A stretch of DNA of 64,000 nt, taken from Candidatus Marinacidobacterales bacterium (lineage in GTDB: Bacteria > Acidobacteriota > Vicinamibacteria > Marinacidobacterales > DATDRI01). Numbering within the stretch: position 1 is the first letter of the stretch; every line of letters starts with the position of its first letter. The stretch lies in NCBI GenBank assembly GCA_965226495.1, contig OZ245365.1:3648001-3712000 (forward strand). The letters are read 5' to 3'. The notes below the pieces were generated by a model. It saw nothing but the letters and a program-made list of their open reading frames with translations. It was not told the DNA's origin and searched no databases. This document shows, one piece after another, positions 19,992 through 30,784 of this stretch. A program made the translations under genes and the position numbers.

Positions 19992-20324
19992 TCAGTCGAT
20001 AAGCTCGATCGCGATGTCCACCAACTCGGACGGGTACCGGTCTTCGACGTCGTGGGCCATCGATTCGAGAAGTGATTGGAGATAACGTCGGTCCGAGCTA
20101 ACCGATACCACAGACACCACTGCTCTCTGCCATAGCTCCTGGTAGCCCGTCTCCGCAACCGCGGCGTTGAAACGTGCCCGCAGGCGGTCCTTGATCCCCT
20201 TGACCACCATACGCTTTTCCTTCAAGGAGCGTGAGTGCGGAAAATGAAGCTCGATGGTCAGGAGCCCGAGGAGGGGCTCTCCTTTTTCGAGACCGCGACT
20301 CTTGCTCTTCGGGCGGCGGGACAC
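19992..20324 (-). CDS. DUF503 (YlxP) family protein
   Basis: SLKEKRMVVKGIKDRLRARFN, ELWQRA; position between infB and rbfA. Confidence 0.88.
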   Translation of the reverse strand: MSRRPKSKSRGLEKGEPLLGLLTIELHFPHSRSLKEKRMVVKGIKDRLRARFNAAVAETGYQELWQRAVVSVVSVSSDRRYLQSLLESMAHDVEDRYPSELVDIAIELID

Positions 20325-20433
20325 CGGTCAACTAGTACCGTTGCAACTGGTTGAGCCTAACGGTGAAGTCGCTCATTACACCTCCGCAGCCACGGTGGGT
20401 ACGGAATTCTAGGTCCAAACAGTTGGAACGGCA

Positions 20434-23178
20434 CTAGACCGAAGCGGCCTGAACCTTTTCGAGCCCGTAGACCTCGATCACGTCACTAATCTTGATGTCG
20501 TTGAAACCCGCAATGCCGATACCACACTCGAAGCCTTGCTTGACTTCTGACGCGTCGTCCTTGAAGCGCCTCAAGCTCCCGACCTTGCCTTCGTAGATGA
20601 TAACGTTGTCCCGAAGGAGGCGAACATCTCCGGAGCGGGTCACTTTGCCCTCGGTAACGTAGCAGCCTGCGATGGTGCCAACCTTGGGAACCTTGAACGT
20701 GTTACGGACTTCCGCGCGGCCCACGGTGATTTCCTTGAAGGTAGGCTCGAGAAGTCCTGCCAAGGCCTTCTTGATTTCATCGGTGACGTTGTAAATGACG
20801 GTGTGGAGGCGGACGTCGATCTTCTCCTTCTCCGCCAATTGTTCCGCAGTCCTTTGTGGTCTTACATTGAAGCCGATAATGATCGCGTTAGAGACCGAGG
20901 CCAAGTGTACGTCGGCCTCGGTAACGGCGCCGGCTCCGGCACGGATGATCTTCACCTTCACTTTGTCGCCGGAAAGCTTTTTCAGAGTGTCGGACAAAAC
21001 TTCCACCGAGCCCTGCACGTCGGCCTTAAGAACGATGGGCAGTTCCTTGATGGTCCCCTCCTCCACCTGTTGGTGGAGCTGATCCAAGGTCAATCGGGAA
21101 CTGCCAACCTGCTGGCGCTCTTTCAGTTTCAGCTGCCGGAACTCGCCGATTTGCCTAGCCTTGGTGCTGTCGAGGATCACCTGGAACTGGTCCCCGGCCT
21201 GGGGCAACGACGTAAGTCCCAAGATCTCGACCGGCGTCGCGGGCTCGACTTTTTTCACTTTGCGTCCCCGATCATCGATCATGGCCCGGATCTTCCCGTG
21301 CACGGCGCCGGCAATGCACGAATCTCCGACCCGAGCGGTCCCGTTCTGAACCAGCACATGTGCGACAGGGCCCTTGCCTTTGTCGATCTTGGCTTCCAAC
21401 ACCGTACCCATTGCCGCGCGCTTAGGATTCGCCTTGAGCTCCTGAATGTCCGCGACCAGCAGAACCATCTCCAACATCAGGTCTAGCCCTTGCCGTTGTT
21501 TCGCAGAGACTTCGACGAAGACCGTGGTACCGCCCCAGTCTTCGGGCAAGAAACCGAGATCTGCTAGTTGCTTCTTGACACGCTCGCTATTGGCCTCCGG
21601 CTTGTCGATCTTATTGACCACTACCATCAGCGGAACCCCCGCCGCCTTGGCGTGGTCGATGGCCTCTAGGGTTTGGGGCATGACGCCGTCGTCGGCGGCG
21701 ACCACCAGGATCACTAAGTCGGTAACGCTGGCACCGCGGGCACGCATCATCGTAAAAGCCTCGTGGCCGGGGGTGTCCAAGAACACGATGTCACGCCCGT
21801 TCACAGCGACCTTGTAGGCACCTATGTGTTGGGTGATGCCCCCCGCTTCTTTCTCCACCACCTTGGTTTCCCGAATGGCGTCGAGAAGACTCGTCTTTCC
21901 GTGATCGACGTGACCCATTACCGTCACCACCGGCGCACGCGCGGCTAGATCTTCCGGTTTTTCCTCGACAATCTCGTCTCGGGAAACATCTTCCTCGAAA
22001 GACAGTATTTCGGCTTCGGCTCCGAACTCGTGCGCCACTTCGACCGCGAGATCGGTATCCAGGGTTTGGTTGATGGTGGCGAGCATTCCGCGGTTCATCA
22101 GAAACTTGATAAGGTCTTTGTGCTTGACCTCCATCTTCTCCGCCAGCTCTTTCACGGTGACGCCTTCGGTCAAGGTGATCTTCCGAAAAACCTTGGGAGG
22201 AGCCGGCTTGGCGACTTCTTTAGGTTCCGGGATCGCTTGTTCTTTGACCTCCGCCGCGGCAACGCGCGCCCTTCGTTGAGATTCCTTGGTGCGCGGTTTG
22301 GCATCCGGGCGCCGCCGGTGAATGGTCTTGATCGGTGCCGCCGGTCGTGGCGGAGGTGGGATCGGCTTCATCGCGCCCCCCCGCGTCTGGACGGGCAGCC
22401 GGGGCCGGATCACGGTCGACGTCGGACCGGGAACAAACGCTTGGGTCCCACGGACCCCTTGCCCACGCGCCATCGATGGAGCACTCGCCGCGGAGCCCGC
22501 CGCTAGGGCCGTAGGTGGCGCTGGTGGTAGGGGGGGCGTCCTGGTGACGCGCGGAGTCGGTGCGGAGGTTTCCGTAGGTTCGGCTCCGGGTTCGACGGGC
22601 GGCGCTTCGGTCGCAACGGCCGGCTCCCCCTCTGCGGCGTCGACTTCATCACCCCTTGCAGCCGGCGTAGCCGATACGCCCTCGACCAATCCCAAATCGA
22701 CTCGGGCCCGCGCCTCCACTTCGAGCTGAAGGGCCTCCTGCTCTTCGAGCAACGCAGCCACCTTGGCTGCTTCTTCGCGGGCGGCTTGTTCGGCGGCTAT
22801 TCTCTCGGCCTCTTCACGTTCTCGGGCGGCTCGTTCCGCGGCCTGTTTTCGCCTCTCTTCGGCCCGCTCTTCTTCTTCGAACTCTGCGAGAAGCGCCCTG
22901 CGGGCTCGTTCTGCACGTGCCTTGCTCGTACTCCGCGCTTGCTCTTCCGTGGACTGAGCATGCTCGGCAACGTTCGCCTTCACTTTCGCGTTGGCCGGTC
23001 CGATGGCACCGGCCCCTTCGAGGCGAATGAGCCTTTTGAGCTTGATGGCGATCTCTTCTTCTATGGTGCTGGAGGCAGACTTGACCCTGATCTGGAGCTT
23101 GTCCTTGAGAAGCTGGATGGTCCGCGGACTGGTGATACCGATGTCGCGAGCCAGTTCGTAAACCCTGACCTTATCCAT
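20434..23178 (-). CDS. infB: Translation initiation factor IF-2
   Basis: RVYELA N-terminus, [29 protein letters not shown]. Confidence 0.98.
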   Translation of the reverse strand: MDKVRVYELARDIGITSPRTIQLLKDKLQIRVKSASSTIEEEIAIKLKRLIRLEGAGAIGPANAKVKANVAEHAQSTEEQARSTSKARAERARRALLAEFEEEERAEERRKQAAERAAREREEAERIAAEQAAREEAAKVAALLEEQEALQLEVEARARVDLGLVEGVSATPAARGDEVDAAEGEPAVATEAPPVEPGAEPTETSAPTPRVTRTPPLPPAPPTALAAGSAASAPSMARGQGVRGTQAFVPGPTSTVIRPRLPVQTRGGAMKPIPPPPRPAAPIKTIHRRRPDAKPRTKESQRRARVAAAEVKEQAIPEPKEVAKPAPPKVFRKITLTEGVTVKELAEKMEVKHKDLIKFLMNRGMLATINQTLDTDLAVEVAHEFGAEAEILSFEEDVSRDEIVEEKPEDLAARAPVVTVMGHVDHGKTSLLDAIRETKVVEKEAGGITQHIGAYKVAVNGRDIVFLDTPGHEAFTMMRARGASVTDLVILVVAADDGVMPQTLEAIDHAKAAGVPLMVVVNKIDKPEANSERVKKQLADLGFLPEDWGGTTVFVEVSAKQRQGLDLMLEMVLLVADIQELKANPKRAAMGTVLEAKIDKGKGPVAHVLVQNGTARVGDSCIAGAVHGKIRAMIDDRGRKVKKVEPATPVEILGLTSLPQAGDQFQVILDSTKARQIGEFRQLKLKERQQVGSSRLTLDQLHQQVEEGTIKELPIVLKADVQGSVEVLSDTLKKLSGDKVKVKIIRAGAGAVTEADVHLASVSNAIIIGFNVRPQRTAEQLAEKEKIDVRLHTVIYNVTDEIKKALAGLLEPTFKEITVGRAEVRNTFKVPKVGTIAGCYVTEGKVTRSGDVRLLRDNVIIYEGKVGSLRRFKDDASEVKQGFECGIGIAGFNDIKISDVIEVYGLEKVQAASV

Positions 23179-24629
23179 CAGCGCTCACCTCCCGAACCTT
23201 CCGATTCTGGCTCGCCAACGCTCGATTGACGATCGTGCGCGATCTTCCCCATCTGTGCCGCTTCGGTGGCCTCCACTAAAGCCGGCTCTTCGACCGCTGC
23301 CTCCTCCTCCTCAACTTCCTTGGCTTCCTTGGCTTCCTTTTCAGGGGGCCCTTCGGCAAGCGGCGGCGAACTGGCCATGTAGTCCCTAGCGGCAGCAACG
23401 ATTTTCTCCGCGGTCTTGGCGCCAATGCCCGGAATCCCGGTCAAAGAATCGGGTTCGAGCGATGCCACCTCCTCCACCGTGCCGAAACCTTGCTCCGCCA
23501 GCCTCTCTAACGTTTTCTCGCCCAGGCCGCTCAAGACGCTGAGCGGCATCTGCGTCGTAGTGGCCATGGCGTCCATCTGGCTTTGCACTTCCAATTTCTT
23601 TTCTTCCTCACTCTTGATATCGATCCGCCAGCCGATGAGTCTGGCAGCCAAGCGGACGTTCTGTCCTTTTTTTCCGATCGCCAACGAGAGCTGCCTGTCC
23701 TCGACGATAACCTCCATAACCTTTTCTCTTTCATCGACAACAGACACGCGGCTCACCTTAGCAGGGTTGAGGGCGTTGATCGCGAACGTGTGAGGGTCTG
23801 CGTTCCACTCTACGATATCTATTTTTTCCCCTCTCAGCTCGCGGATGATGTTCTGAACCCGCGAACCCTTGATACCGACGCAGGCTCCCACGGGATCCAC
23901 GTCTTTGTCGTTTGAATAAACCGCGACCTTGGCGCGGTCCCCAGGCTCCCGCACCGCGTTTTTTACCACCACAGTTCCTTCGTAGATCTCGGGAACTTCC
24001 ATTTCGAACAACCTGGTCAACAGAGCAGGGTCGGTTCGGGACACAACGACCTGCGGCCCACGCGAAGTTCGCAGTACCCGAACGATGGCGACCCGAATAC
24101 GCTCTCCGGCGTTGAATACCTCGGCTCGCGACTGCTCTCTTCGGGGCAAGACCGCCTCGGTGCGTCCCAGGTCGACCACCAGGTCGCCGTTTTCTGCCCG
24201 TTTGACGATTCCCGTCAGGAGTTGCGCAATGCGGTCGCCGAACTCGCTGAAAATGTTGTCCCGCTCCGCCTCGCGTACCTTCTGAAAGATCACCTGCTTC
24301 GCGGTCTGGGCTGCAATGCGCCCAAGAGCGGCGGTGGGCTTGTGTACTTCTACCTCTTCCCCGAGTTTCGCATCGGGTTGAGCGCGCGTTGCTTCCCTCA
24401 AGGCGACCTCAGTCTCCGGTGTGATCACCGCATCCACGACGGTCTTGAGGGTGAAAACCTCTATGTTCCCGGTTTCGCGGTTCAGCCGAGCGCGGAGATC
24501 TTCTTCGGTCCGGTAGTACTTCTTGGTAGCGGTAACGATGGCGTCCTCAACGGCACCGATGATCACATCCGGATCGATACCCTTCTCCCGACTGATCTGC
24601 TCGATCGTCTGATATAGAAGACTACTCAT
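23178..24629 (-). CDS. nusA: Transcription termination factor NusA
   Basis: GRIAAQTAKQV, LFEMEVPEI, DPVGACVG, SLAIGKKGQNVRLA; C-terminal HhH-like region. Confidence 0.98.
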   Translation of the reverse strand: MSSLLYQTIEQISREKGIDPDVIIGAVEDAIVTATKKYYRTEEDLRARLNRETGNIEVFTLKTVVDAVITPETEVALREATRAQPDAKLGEEVEVHKPTAALGRIAAQTAKQVIFQKVREAERDNIFSEFGDRIAQLLTGIVKRAENGDLVVDLGRTEAVLPRREQSRAEVFNAGERIRVAIVRVLRTSRGPQVVVSRTDPALLTRLFEMEVPEIYEGTVVVKNAVREPGDRAKVAVYSNDKDVDPVGACVGIKGSRVQNIIRELRGEKIDIVEWNADPHTFAINALNPAKVSRVSVVDEREKVMEVIVEDRQLSLAIGKKGQNVRLAARLIGWRIDIKSEEEKKLEVQSQMDAMATTTQMPLSVLSGLGEKTLERLAEQGFGTVEEVASLEPDSLTGIPGIGAKTAEKIVAAARDYMASSPPLAEGPPEKEAKEAKEVEEEEAAVEEPALVEATEAAQMGKIAHDRQSSVGEPESEGSGGER

Positions 24630-25125
24630 TGTCTTTTTTCGTAAGCTGACGCTGCCCCGGCAGGAAAGGCTCTACCTCCAACCGCGCGCTCTCGACGATC
24701 GGCAGCGGAATGCTCTTCCGTTCACCACTTTGTTCCAAAAGCACTGACTCTCCCGTGACTCCGGCGAGTCTTCCCCGGAATCGATTCGTCCCATCGAGCT
24801 GCTCTCGGGTCTTGATCTTCGCCAACCTTCCGGTGAAGCGCTCGAAGTCTTTCATGTTCCAGATCGGTCGATCTAGTCCCGGTGTACTGACCTCAAGCGT
24901 GTAGCTCGACTCAATGGGATCTTCCACGTCCAGCAGCACACTCAGACGTTCGTTAACTTGTACGCAGTCTTCGAGCCCCACACCTTCCTCACGGTCGATA
25001 AATACTCTAAAGACCCCGGAACCACCGGCTTGTTTGAACTCGACCCAAGCTACCTCGATGCCGAGTGGCTTCGCGGCCCGTTGGGCCACCTCTCGCAGTT
25101 TGGGAAGAAGGCTATCCGTGTCCAT
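24622..25125 (-). CDS. rimP: Ribosome maturation factor RimP
   Basis: RVFIDR, LDVEDPI, YTLEVSTPGLDRP. Confidence 0.95.
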   Translation of the reverse strand: MDTDSLLPKLREVAQRAAKPLGIEVAWVEFKQAGGSGVFRVFIDREEGVGLEDCVQVNERLSVLLDVEDPIESSYTLEVSTPGLDRPIWNMKDFERFTGRLAKIKTREQLDGTNRFRGRLAGVTGESVLLEQSGERKSIPLPIVESARLEVEPFLPGQRQLTKKDNE

Positions 25126-25170
25126 GTCATCTAGCTTCGTCGGCTTCCGTTAGTGTCGGGGCCTCACTCC

Positions 25171-25248
25171 TCCATCAATGGCGCGGCGCCCCACCCCCAG
25201 GCCACGCGCTTCGTCGGCAAGCGACTGCGAGCGAGCTGAGGGCTCGCT
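25171..25248 (-). repeat. Intergenic repeat family B copy
   Basis: Reverse complement AGCCCTCAGCT..GTCGCTTGCCGACGAAG..TGGGGGTGGGGCGCCGC..ATTGATG aligns with 37081-37160. Confidence 0.75.
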
Positions 25249-25364
25249 GGCCCTGCGGCTCGTTACTGCGGCCGGGCGCAGTACAAGTGCCGAAATCACC
25301 CTCCTAATCGCTCTGGCTGTACCATCGGGAGCCGCCCGAAAGGTCATTCAGGCGGTTAACCCAT

Positions 25365-25390
25365 AAAAAAAGTGGGCAAATGCCCACTTC
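25365..25390 (-). promoter_or_regulatory. rimP-leader attenuator/terminator hairpin
   Basis: Minus strand GAAGTGGGCATTTGCCCACTTTTTTT: AGTGGG/CCCACT stem plus U-tract upstream of rimP-nusA-infB; TTGATC-N18-TATAGT promoter just upstream (25413-25441). Confidence 0.8.
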
Positions 25391-25437
25391 CTGGACTCTC
25401 GACTGGCTACAACTATAGTCCAACCGGGCTGGTCAGA

Positions 25438-26835
25438 TCAAGCGTCAGTTGAACGACTTGAGCCTAATGAGGCACTTACCGGGAGTCGCCCATCGTCGTC
25501 CCCATCATTGACGATTCGACCCACCAGATCGTAGGGATGGGCCTCCGTTACCTCTACTATCACGAAATCACCCAGGCTAGCATTGCCTTCATTGATCAAT
25601 ACCCCACCGTCGATCTCCGGCGCCTGGCCTTCCGTTCTTCCCCGAAGGAGCAGGTCCGACTCCGGAGACGGCCCCTCGATCAGCACCCTCTGACGGCTCC
25701 CCACCAACTGTTTGTTCCTGCGCAGGGAGATCCTGCCCTGTTGTTTCATTAACAGGTGTCTCCGTCTCTCTTTCTCCGCTGGCGATACGGTCTCAATCTG
25801 CACGAAGGCTTCTGTATTTTCCTCATTCGAATAGGTGAAGACTCCCACATTGTCGAGCTCCGCGTCGTTGCAAAACTGCAAGAGGTCCTCGAAGTCGGCT
25901 CTCGTCTCGCCCGGGAAACCGACAATAAACGAACTGCGTATCGACACCCGCGGTACGGCGCGACGAATACGCTCGAGCAGTTTTTCATTGCTCGCTCTCG
26001 TTCCAGGGCGCTTCATCGCCTTGAGAATACGGTCACTCGCGTGTTGCAGTGGGATATCGAGGTACAAGCAAACTCGCGGCTCGGTTGCCATAACCTCGAG
26101 CACTTCGTCGGTCACCGTCGTGGGATAGGCGTACAGCACGCGCACCCATTCGAGGCCGTTCACGGCCGCGAGCCCGCGGAGCAAACTTGCTAGGCTGGCG
26201 CTTTGATCGAGCTCCGCGCCGTAGCGTGTCGTGTCCTGTGCGATGAGGACCAGCTCTTTGATCCCTTGTTTCACGAGGGACTCCGCCTCGGAGAGGATCG
26301 ACTCCGGCATCCGGCTTCGATAGTGCCCGCGTATCTTCGGAATGATGCAGAAGGTGCAGGGGTAGTCACACCCTTCCGAGATCTTCACATACGCGAAGGG
26401 GCGCGGTGTGGTGAGCACGCGGGGAGCCAGGTGATCGTAAAGATAGGCGACCGAACCGTCTGCCTGGAGTTTCGGGATCTGTCGGTCTTCGCCCTCCGAT
26501 GCGGACACAATCGAGTCCAGTTGGTCCAACCCAACCACCGCATCCACCTCGGGAATCTCCCGGGCGATCTCGGCGGCGTAGCGTTGAGCCAAACATCCCG
26601 AGACGATGAGACGTCGGCAACTCCCTTCCTGCTTGTGCCGAGCCATCTCCAGGATCGTATCGATGCTTTCCTGTTTCGCACGATCGATGAAACCGCAAGT
26701 GTTGACGACCAGCACTTCTGCCTCCGATGGTTCGGAGGTCGGCTCGTACCCCGCCCTGGTTAGATGCCCCAACATCACCTCCGTGTCCACGAGGTTCTTG
26801 GGGCAGCCTAAGCTTACGAATCCAATCTTCTTCAT
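25438..26835 (-). CDS. rimO: Ribosomal protein S12 methylthiotransferase
   Basis: SLGCPKNLVD, NTCGFI, radical SAM CDYPCTFC, APEIDG, TRAM domain. Confidence 0.95.
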   Translation of the reverse strand: MKKIGFVSLGCPKNLVDTEVMLGHLTRAGYEPTSEPSEAEVLVVNTCGFIDRAKQESIDTILEMARHKQEGSCRRLIVSGCLAQRYAAEIAREIPEVDAVVGLDQLDSIVSASEGEDRQIPKLQADGSVAYLYDHLAPRVLTTPRPFAYVKISEGCDYPCTFCIIPKIRGHYRSRMPESILSEAESLVKQGIKELVLIAQDTTRYGAELDQSASLASLLRGLAAVNGLEWVRVLYAYPTTVTDEVLEVMATEPRVCLYLDIPLQHASDRILKAMKRPGTRASNEKLLERIRRAVPRVSIRSSFIVGFPGETRADFEDLLQFCNDAELDNVGVFTYSNEENTEAFVQIETVSPAEKERRRHLLMKQQGRISLRRNKQLVGSRQRVLIEGPSPESDLLLRGRTEGQAPEIDGGVLINEGNASLGDFVIVEVTEAHPYDLVGRIVNDGDDDGRLPVSASLGSSRSTDA

Positions 26836-26880
26836 GCGCAGGCGTTCAGAGTAGCGAAAAACGGAGAGGTCCGCAAACCC

Positions 26881-26931
26881 ACTAAGAAGTTGGCTTCCAT
26901 CCGTTAATTCCTCTTTCTAGGGAGCGGCGGG
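26881..26931 (+). repeat. REP-like family A copy (degenerate)
   Basis: ACTAAGAAGTTGGCTTCCATCCGTTAATTCCTCTTTCTAGGGAG resembles 15359 and 55777. Confidence 0.5.
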
Positions 26932-27041
26932 AAAAATGATGTGCCACCGTCCGGATGTCGAACGTCCCTGCTTGGCGTCAATTAACGGTGTTGCCACTCA
27001 TCGACCTCGTCAGACACCGGTCAGACGGCGGTGAGCGGAAG

Positions 27042-28340
27042 CTACGGCGAGAGCCGGTAAAGCATACGTGGAAAGGGAATGGTTTCCCGAAGATGCTCCA
27101 GCTTGCAAATCCAGGCTACCACTCGTTCAATACCCATTCCGAAGCCGGAGTGCGGCACGCTCCCATATCGGCGTAGGTCGAGGTACCAAGAAAACGCATC
27201 CTCCGGCAGCTTGTGTTCAGCGATCCGTTGCTGGAGGAGCTCTAGATCGTGTATGCGCTGACTCCCTCCGATGATCTCACCGTAGCCCTCCGGCGCGAGA
27301 ACGTCGACGCACAAAGCAGTTTCGGGCCGATCGGGGTCGGGCTCCATGTAGAAGGCCTTGACCGCGCTCGGATAGCGCGTAATGGCAACCGGCCGTGGGT
27401 GGGCCCGCGACAGTATCTCCTCGTCCTGAGCACCGAAGTCGGAACCCCACTCGAAGGCATTACCGTCCTTCTTGAGCAACTCGACGCCCTGGTCGTAGGT
27501 GATACGAGGAAACGGTTTCTTCACTTCTTCGAGCGGCGTGAGGTCTCGTTCGAGAATCTTCAGCTCTTCGCGCCGTTTCTCGAGCACGGACTCGACGACG
27601 AAGCAGACGAGATCTTCGGCGAGCTCGATGATATCGTCCAAGAGGGCGTATGCCACCTCGGGCTCGATCATCCAGAACTCTATGAGATGGCGCCGCGTCT
27701 TAGATTTTTCGGCTCGGAAAGTTGGGCCGAAGCAGTAAGTCTTGCCTACCGACATCGCGACCGCCTCGTTGTATAACTGGCCGCTCTGAGTGAGGTACGC
27801 CTTCTCTCCGAAGTAATCGGTCTCGAAGAGAGTGGTCGTCCCCTCACTGGCGTTGGGAGTGAAGATCGGAGTGTCTGCCAGTACGAAACCCCGATCGTCG
27901 AAGAAGTTCCGGCAGGCGGAAATGATCTGGTGTCGAATCTTCAGAACGGCATGTTGACGACGGGAACGAAGCCACAAGTGTCGGTTGTCCAGCAAGAAAG
28001 CGACGCCGTGCTCCTTGGGGCTGATCGGGTACTCTTCGGCGATTTGCACAGGCTCTAGATCGCAAAGCTCCAGCTCGTAACCGCCCGGAGCCCGATCGTC
28101 GGTGCGTACCTTTCCCCGCACGATGAGAGAGCTTTCGATCGTGAGCCCCTTGGCGCGCTCCCAAACATCTTCTGACACTTCCGCCTTGGAGATAACCCCC
28201 TGCATGAAGCCGGAGCCATCTCGAAGGATCACGAACTGGATCTTCCCGCTAGAGCGACGGTTCACGAGCCAGCCCTTGAGTGTGACCTCCTTTCCGGCGT
28301 AGTTAGAAATGTCTCCGATGTAGACCTGGGTTGAGCTCAT
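27042..28340 (-). CDS. asnS: Asparagine--tRNA ligase
   Basis: OB-fold [53 protein letters not shown]. Confidence 0.95.
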   Translation of the reverse strand: MSSTQVYIGDISNYAGKEVTLKGWLVNRRSSGKIQFVILRDGSGFMQGVISKAEVSEDVWERAKGLTIESSLIVRGKVRTDDRAPGGYELELCDLEPVQIAEEYPISPKEHGVAFLLDNRHLWLRSRRQHAVLKIRHQIISACRNFFDDRGFVLADTPIFTPNASEGTTTLFETDYFGEKAYLTQSGQLYNEAVAMSVGKTYCFGPTFRAEKSKTRRHLIEFWMIEPEVAYALLDDIIELAEDLVCFVVESVLEKRREELKILERDLTPLEEVKKPFPRITYDQGVELLKKDGNAFEWGSDFGAQDEEILSRAHPRPVAITRYPSAVKAFYMEPDPDRPETALCVDVLAPEGYGEIIGGSQRIHDLELLQQRIAEHKLPEDAFSWYLDLRRYGSVPHSGFGMGIERVVAWICKLEHLRETIPFPRMLYRLSP

Positions 28341-28351
28341 CGAGGGCTCCT

Positions 28352-29386
28352 TCATGTCATTTCCGGTAGGTGAGCAGCAAGCACTCTTCTCAGACCGTCC
28401 CACTCCGCCCGCGCAGAATGCCTTGCCAGGTTGGCCCTAACCATCTCGAGCGTATAAGGGAGGTAGCTCTCATAGAACAACTTGCCTCTCACGGCAATCT
28501 GATTGCCGAACGTACCAAGGGCCTTCAAGTTTCGCTGCAAAGCCGTCAAATCGAATTCTTCCTCGAGACTCCGGCGATCGGTCGAGGTGGCGAGCAGAAA
28601 CTGCTCTTTCATCTCCTCGACGAATTCCGGATCCAGCTCAACGTACGAATCCCGGAGCAGCGAGACCAAATCATAACTTACCGGCCCCATACGCGCGTCC
28701 TGAAAATCAATCACCACCAGCTCGCTCCCTACCAGGAGGAGGTTCCGAGAATGATAATCACGGTGACAGAGCACGCGCGGGCGGGCGGCGAGCTCGGTGG
28801 CGATGCTCCAGAACGCGCGATCCAGAGCCTCCAACTCGGTGGCGTCGAGCGAGGCCTGGCGGAAGCCCTCGAGATAGTGCTGCTGAAAAAAGGATAGCTC
28901 CCAATGAAGCTTCTCTCGATCGAAAACTATCCCGTAAGGGAGATACTCGGTGCTCTCCAGAGCCGCTCCGCGCTCCTGAATTTGTATCAGGATCGCGATC
29001 GACTGCTGATAGAGGGTCTTCCTCGCCTTCGCGTCCGCGCTTTCTATCAACGTCTGCAGGAGCCCGTCGCCACAATCCTCGAGAAGCAGTATGCCTTCCC
29101 GACCGGAGACATCGTGTATCTTTGGAACGCGCACCTGCATCTTCCGGAAGAGCCGGGCCACGTTCAAGAAAGGCTCGCGCTCGGGATCGAAGGGCTTTGG
29201 CTGCAACGCGAGCACCACTGTTTGCTGCTCGGGATCGCCAGAGAGGTTCACTCGGTAGTACCTTCGCGTCGAGGCATCCCCGGCGAGTCCCGTTACCGAG
29301 CGTACCCGAAGACCGTCTTTCTTTCGACGACTCAGGTAGCCAACGACCCTGGGATCGAGAAGTTCGTCTGCGGGGTCTATCGACAT
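28352..29386 (-). CDS. Aminoglycoside-phosphotransferase-family kinase, AmgK-like
   Basis: [50 protein letters not shown]. Confidence 0.85.
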   Translation of the reverse strand: MSIDPADELLDPRVVGYLSRRKKDGLRVRSVTGLAGDASTRRYYRVNLSGDPEQQTVVLALQPKPFDPEREPFLNVARLFRKMQVRVPKIHDVSGREGILLLEDCGDGLLQTLIESADAKARKTLYQQSIAILIQIQERGAALESTEYLPYGIVFDREKLHWELSFFQQHYLEGFRQASLDATELEALDRAFWSIATELAARPRVLCHRDYHSRNLLLVGSELVVIDFQDARMGPVSYDLVSLLRDSYVELDPEFVEEMKEQFLLATSTDRRSLEEEFDLTALQRNLKALGTFGNQIAVRGKLFYESYLPYTLEMVRANLARHSARAEWDGLRRVLAAHLPEMT

Positions 29387-30480
29387 TAACCCTTGATTTC
29401 CGCCACCACGCAATCTCCAACGATCTCCCGGGCACGAATCCTGGCTCGACTCGACCCAAGGCGCGCCACAACCTTACCTACTGTACTAGTCGAGGCGGCC
29501 AAAGACACGTCACTCGCCACCACGGATTTGCGGATCAATGCCTCCTCCGAAACCGTAACTCGGTCCCAGAGCACGGCGCTCTGTATTCTTGCTCCGCGCT
29601 TCACCACACAGTCCGCCCCGAGGATCGTTGTACCGGAGAAATGAGCTTCCGGATCGACTCGCGTGCCACGACCGACTAATACGGTGGTCCCCGGAGGTGA
29701 GTCCGCAGGCGGCTCGATGGAGCGGGTTCGCCATTGACTCTTGAACAAACCTTTCTCCACCAACTGCTCGCAGGCATTCAAATACCTTTCGGGTGTCCCG
29801 ATGTCGAACCAAGCGGCATCGCCTACGTAACCGAACACCGAGCCTTCGGCGATGAGCTTCGGGAGCAGGTCCACTTCGAGCCGCGCGAATCGCCCGCGGT
29901 GCAAATGCTCGAAAACGGAGGGTTCGAGCACCCAAACCCCGGCGAACATGAGAGGCGCCGTAGAACTGCTCGACTTGTGACTCCCCTGGCCAATCGAAAG
30001 AACCCGACCGTCTTTCGCGATGCCCAACTCCGTGTAGTCGCTTCGTGTCGGCTTGGAACGCAGCAGCAAGGTAGCCGTCGCTTTCTTATCACGATGCCAA
30101 TCGATCAAGTGACCTAGATCGACGTCAACGATCGTATCTCCGTTGAGGACGACGAAGCTCCCGCCAGCGAGAAGCTCCTCGGCCTGTTTGAGTCCCCCGG
30201 CTGTACCGAGAAGCTCCGCCTCCCGAGAATAGTGGAGGGCGAAATCTTGGCGTCCGTCCATCGCCTCCAGCACTTCAACGATACTCTCGGGGTGATGGTG
30301 GAGGTTGACGATCACTTCGCGAATGCCCGCCCCGCGAAGGAGCCCCATGGCAAACTCGACCGGTGTGGCTCCAAGTAAATGGGTCGCCGGCTTCGCCCAA
30401 TAAACGGTCAGGGGCCTTAGACGCCGGCCCTCCCCTGCCGAGAGCACCATGGCCTTCACCGATTTCGTGGTCGGCGTCAT
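29386..30480 (-). CDS. NDP-sugar synthase / MurU-like nucleotidyltransferase with C-terminal hexapeptide-repeat region
   Basis: AMVLSAGEGRRLRPLT..KP, LGTAGG, LNGD, WFDIGTPERY. Confidence 0.85.
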   Translation of the reverse strand: MTPTTKSVKAMVLSAGEGRRLRPLTVYWAKPATHLLGATPVEFAMGLLRGAGIREVIVNLHHHPESIVEVLEAMDGRQDFALHYSREAELLGTAGGLKQAEELLAGGSFVVLNGDTIVDVDLGHLIDWHRDKKATATLLLRSKPTRSDYTELGIAKDGRVLSIGQGSHKSSSSTAPLMFAGVWVLEPSVFEHLHRGRFARLEVDLLPKLIAEGSVFGYVGDAAWFDIGTPERYLNACEQLVEKGLFKSQWRTRSIEPPADSPPGTTVLVGRGTRVDPEAHFSGTTILGADCVVKRGARIQSAVLWDRVTVSEEALIRKSVVASDVSLAASTSTVGKVVARLGSSRARIRAREIVGDCVVAEIKG

Positions 30481-30704
30481 CGCGGTCGCCGGGCCCCCGT
30501 GAAAACCATGAAACGAGGCGCCGCCGGAAACCGACGGCGAGGGCCAGCGTAGAGAGTGGGGTAATCCAGAGAGAATGTCCGAAGAGAGTTGAGCTCGAAA
30601 TACCGCGGCTCAAGAACCTCTCCCTGGGCACTTATCAGCACTACCTCACCTTGCTGCCACGACGACAGCGGGAATTTAACTTCACGCTCGACCTTGATAC
30701 CCAA
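30477..30704 (-). pseudogene. Internally deleted CYTH / class IV adenylate cyclase remnant
   Basis: N-terminal EREVKF (ExExK) and PRYFELN followed directly by a C-terminal-like DYPTLY..APRFMVF; only 75 aa; ATGA overlap with the next gene. Confidence 0.6.
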
Positions 30705-30784
30705 GCCGGTTTTCTCCCCACGGTCTCGGAGACCGTGTTCGGATGATCGAGGATAGTAAACGGTACCGAAAAAGGAAAATTGCG

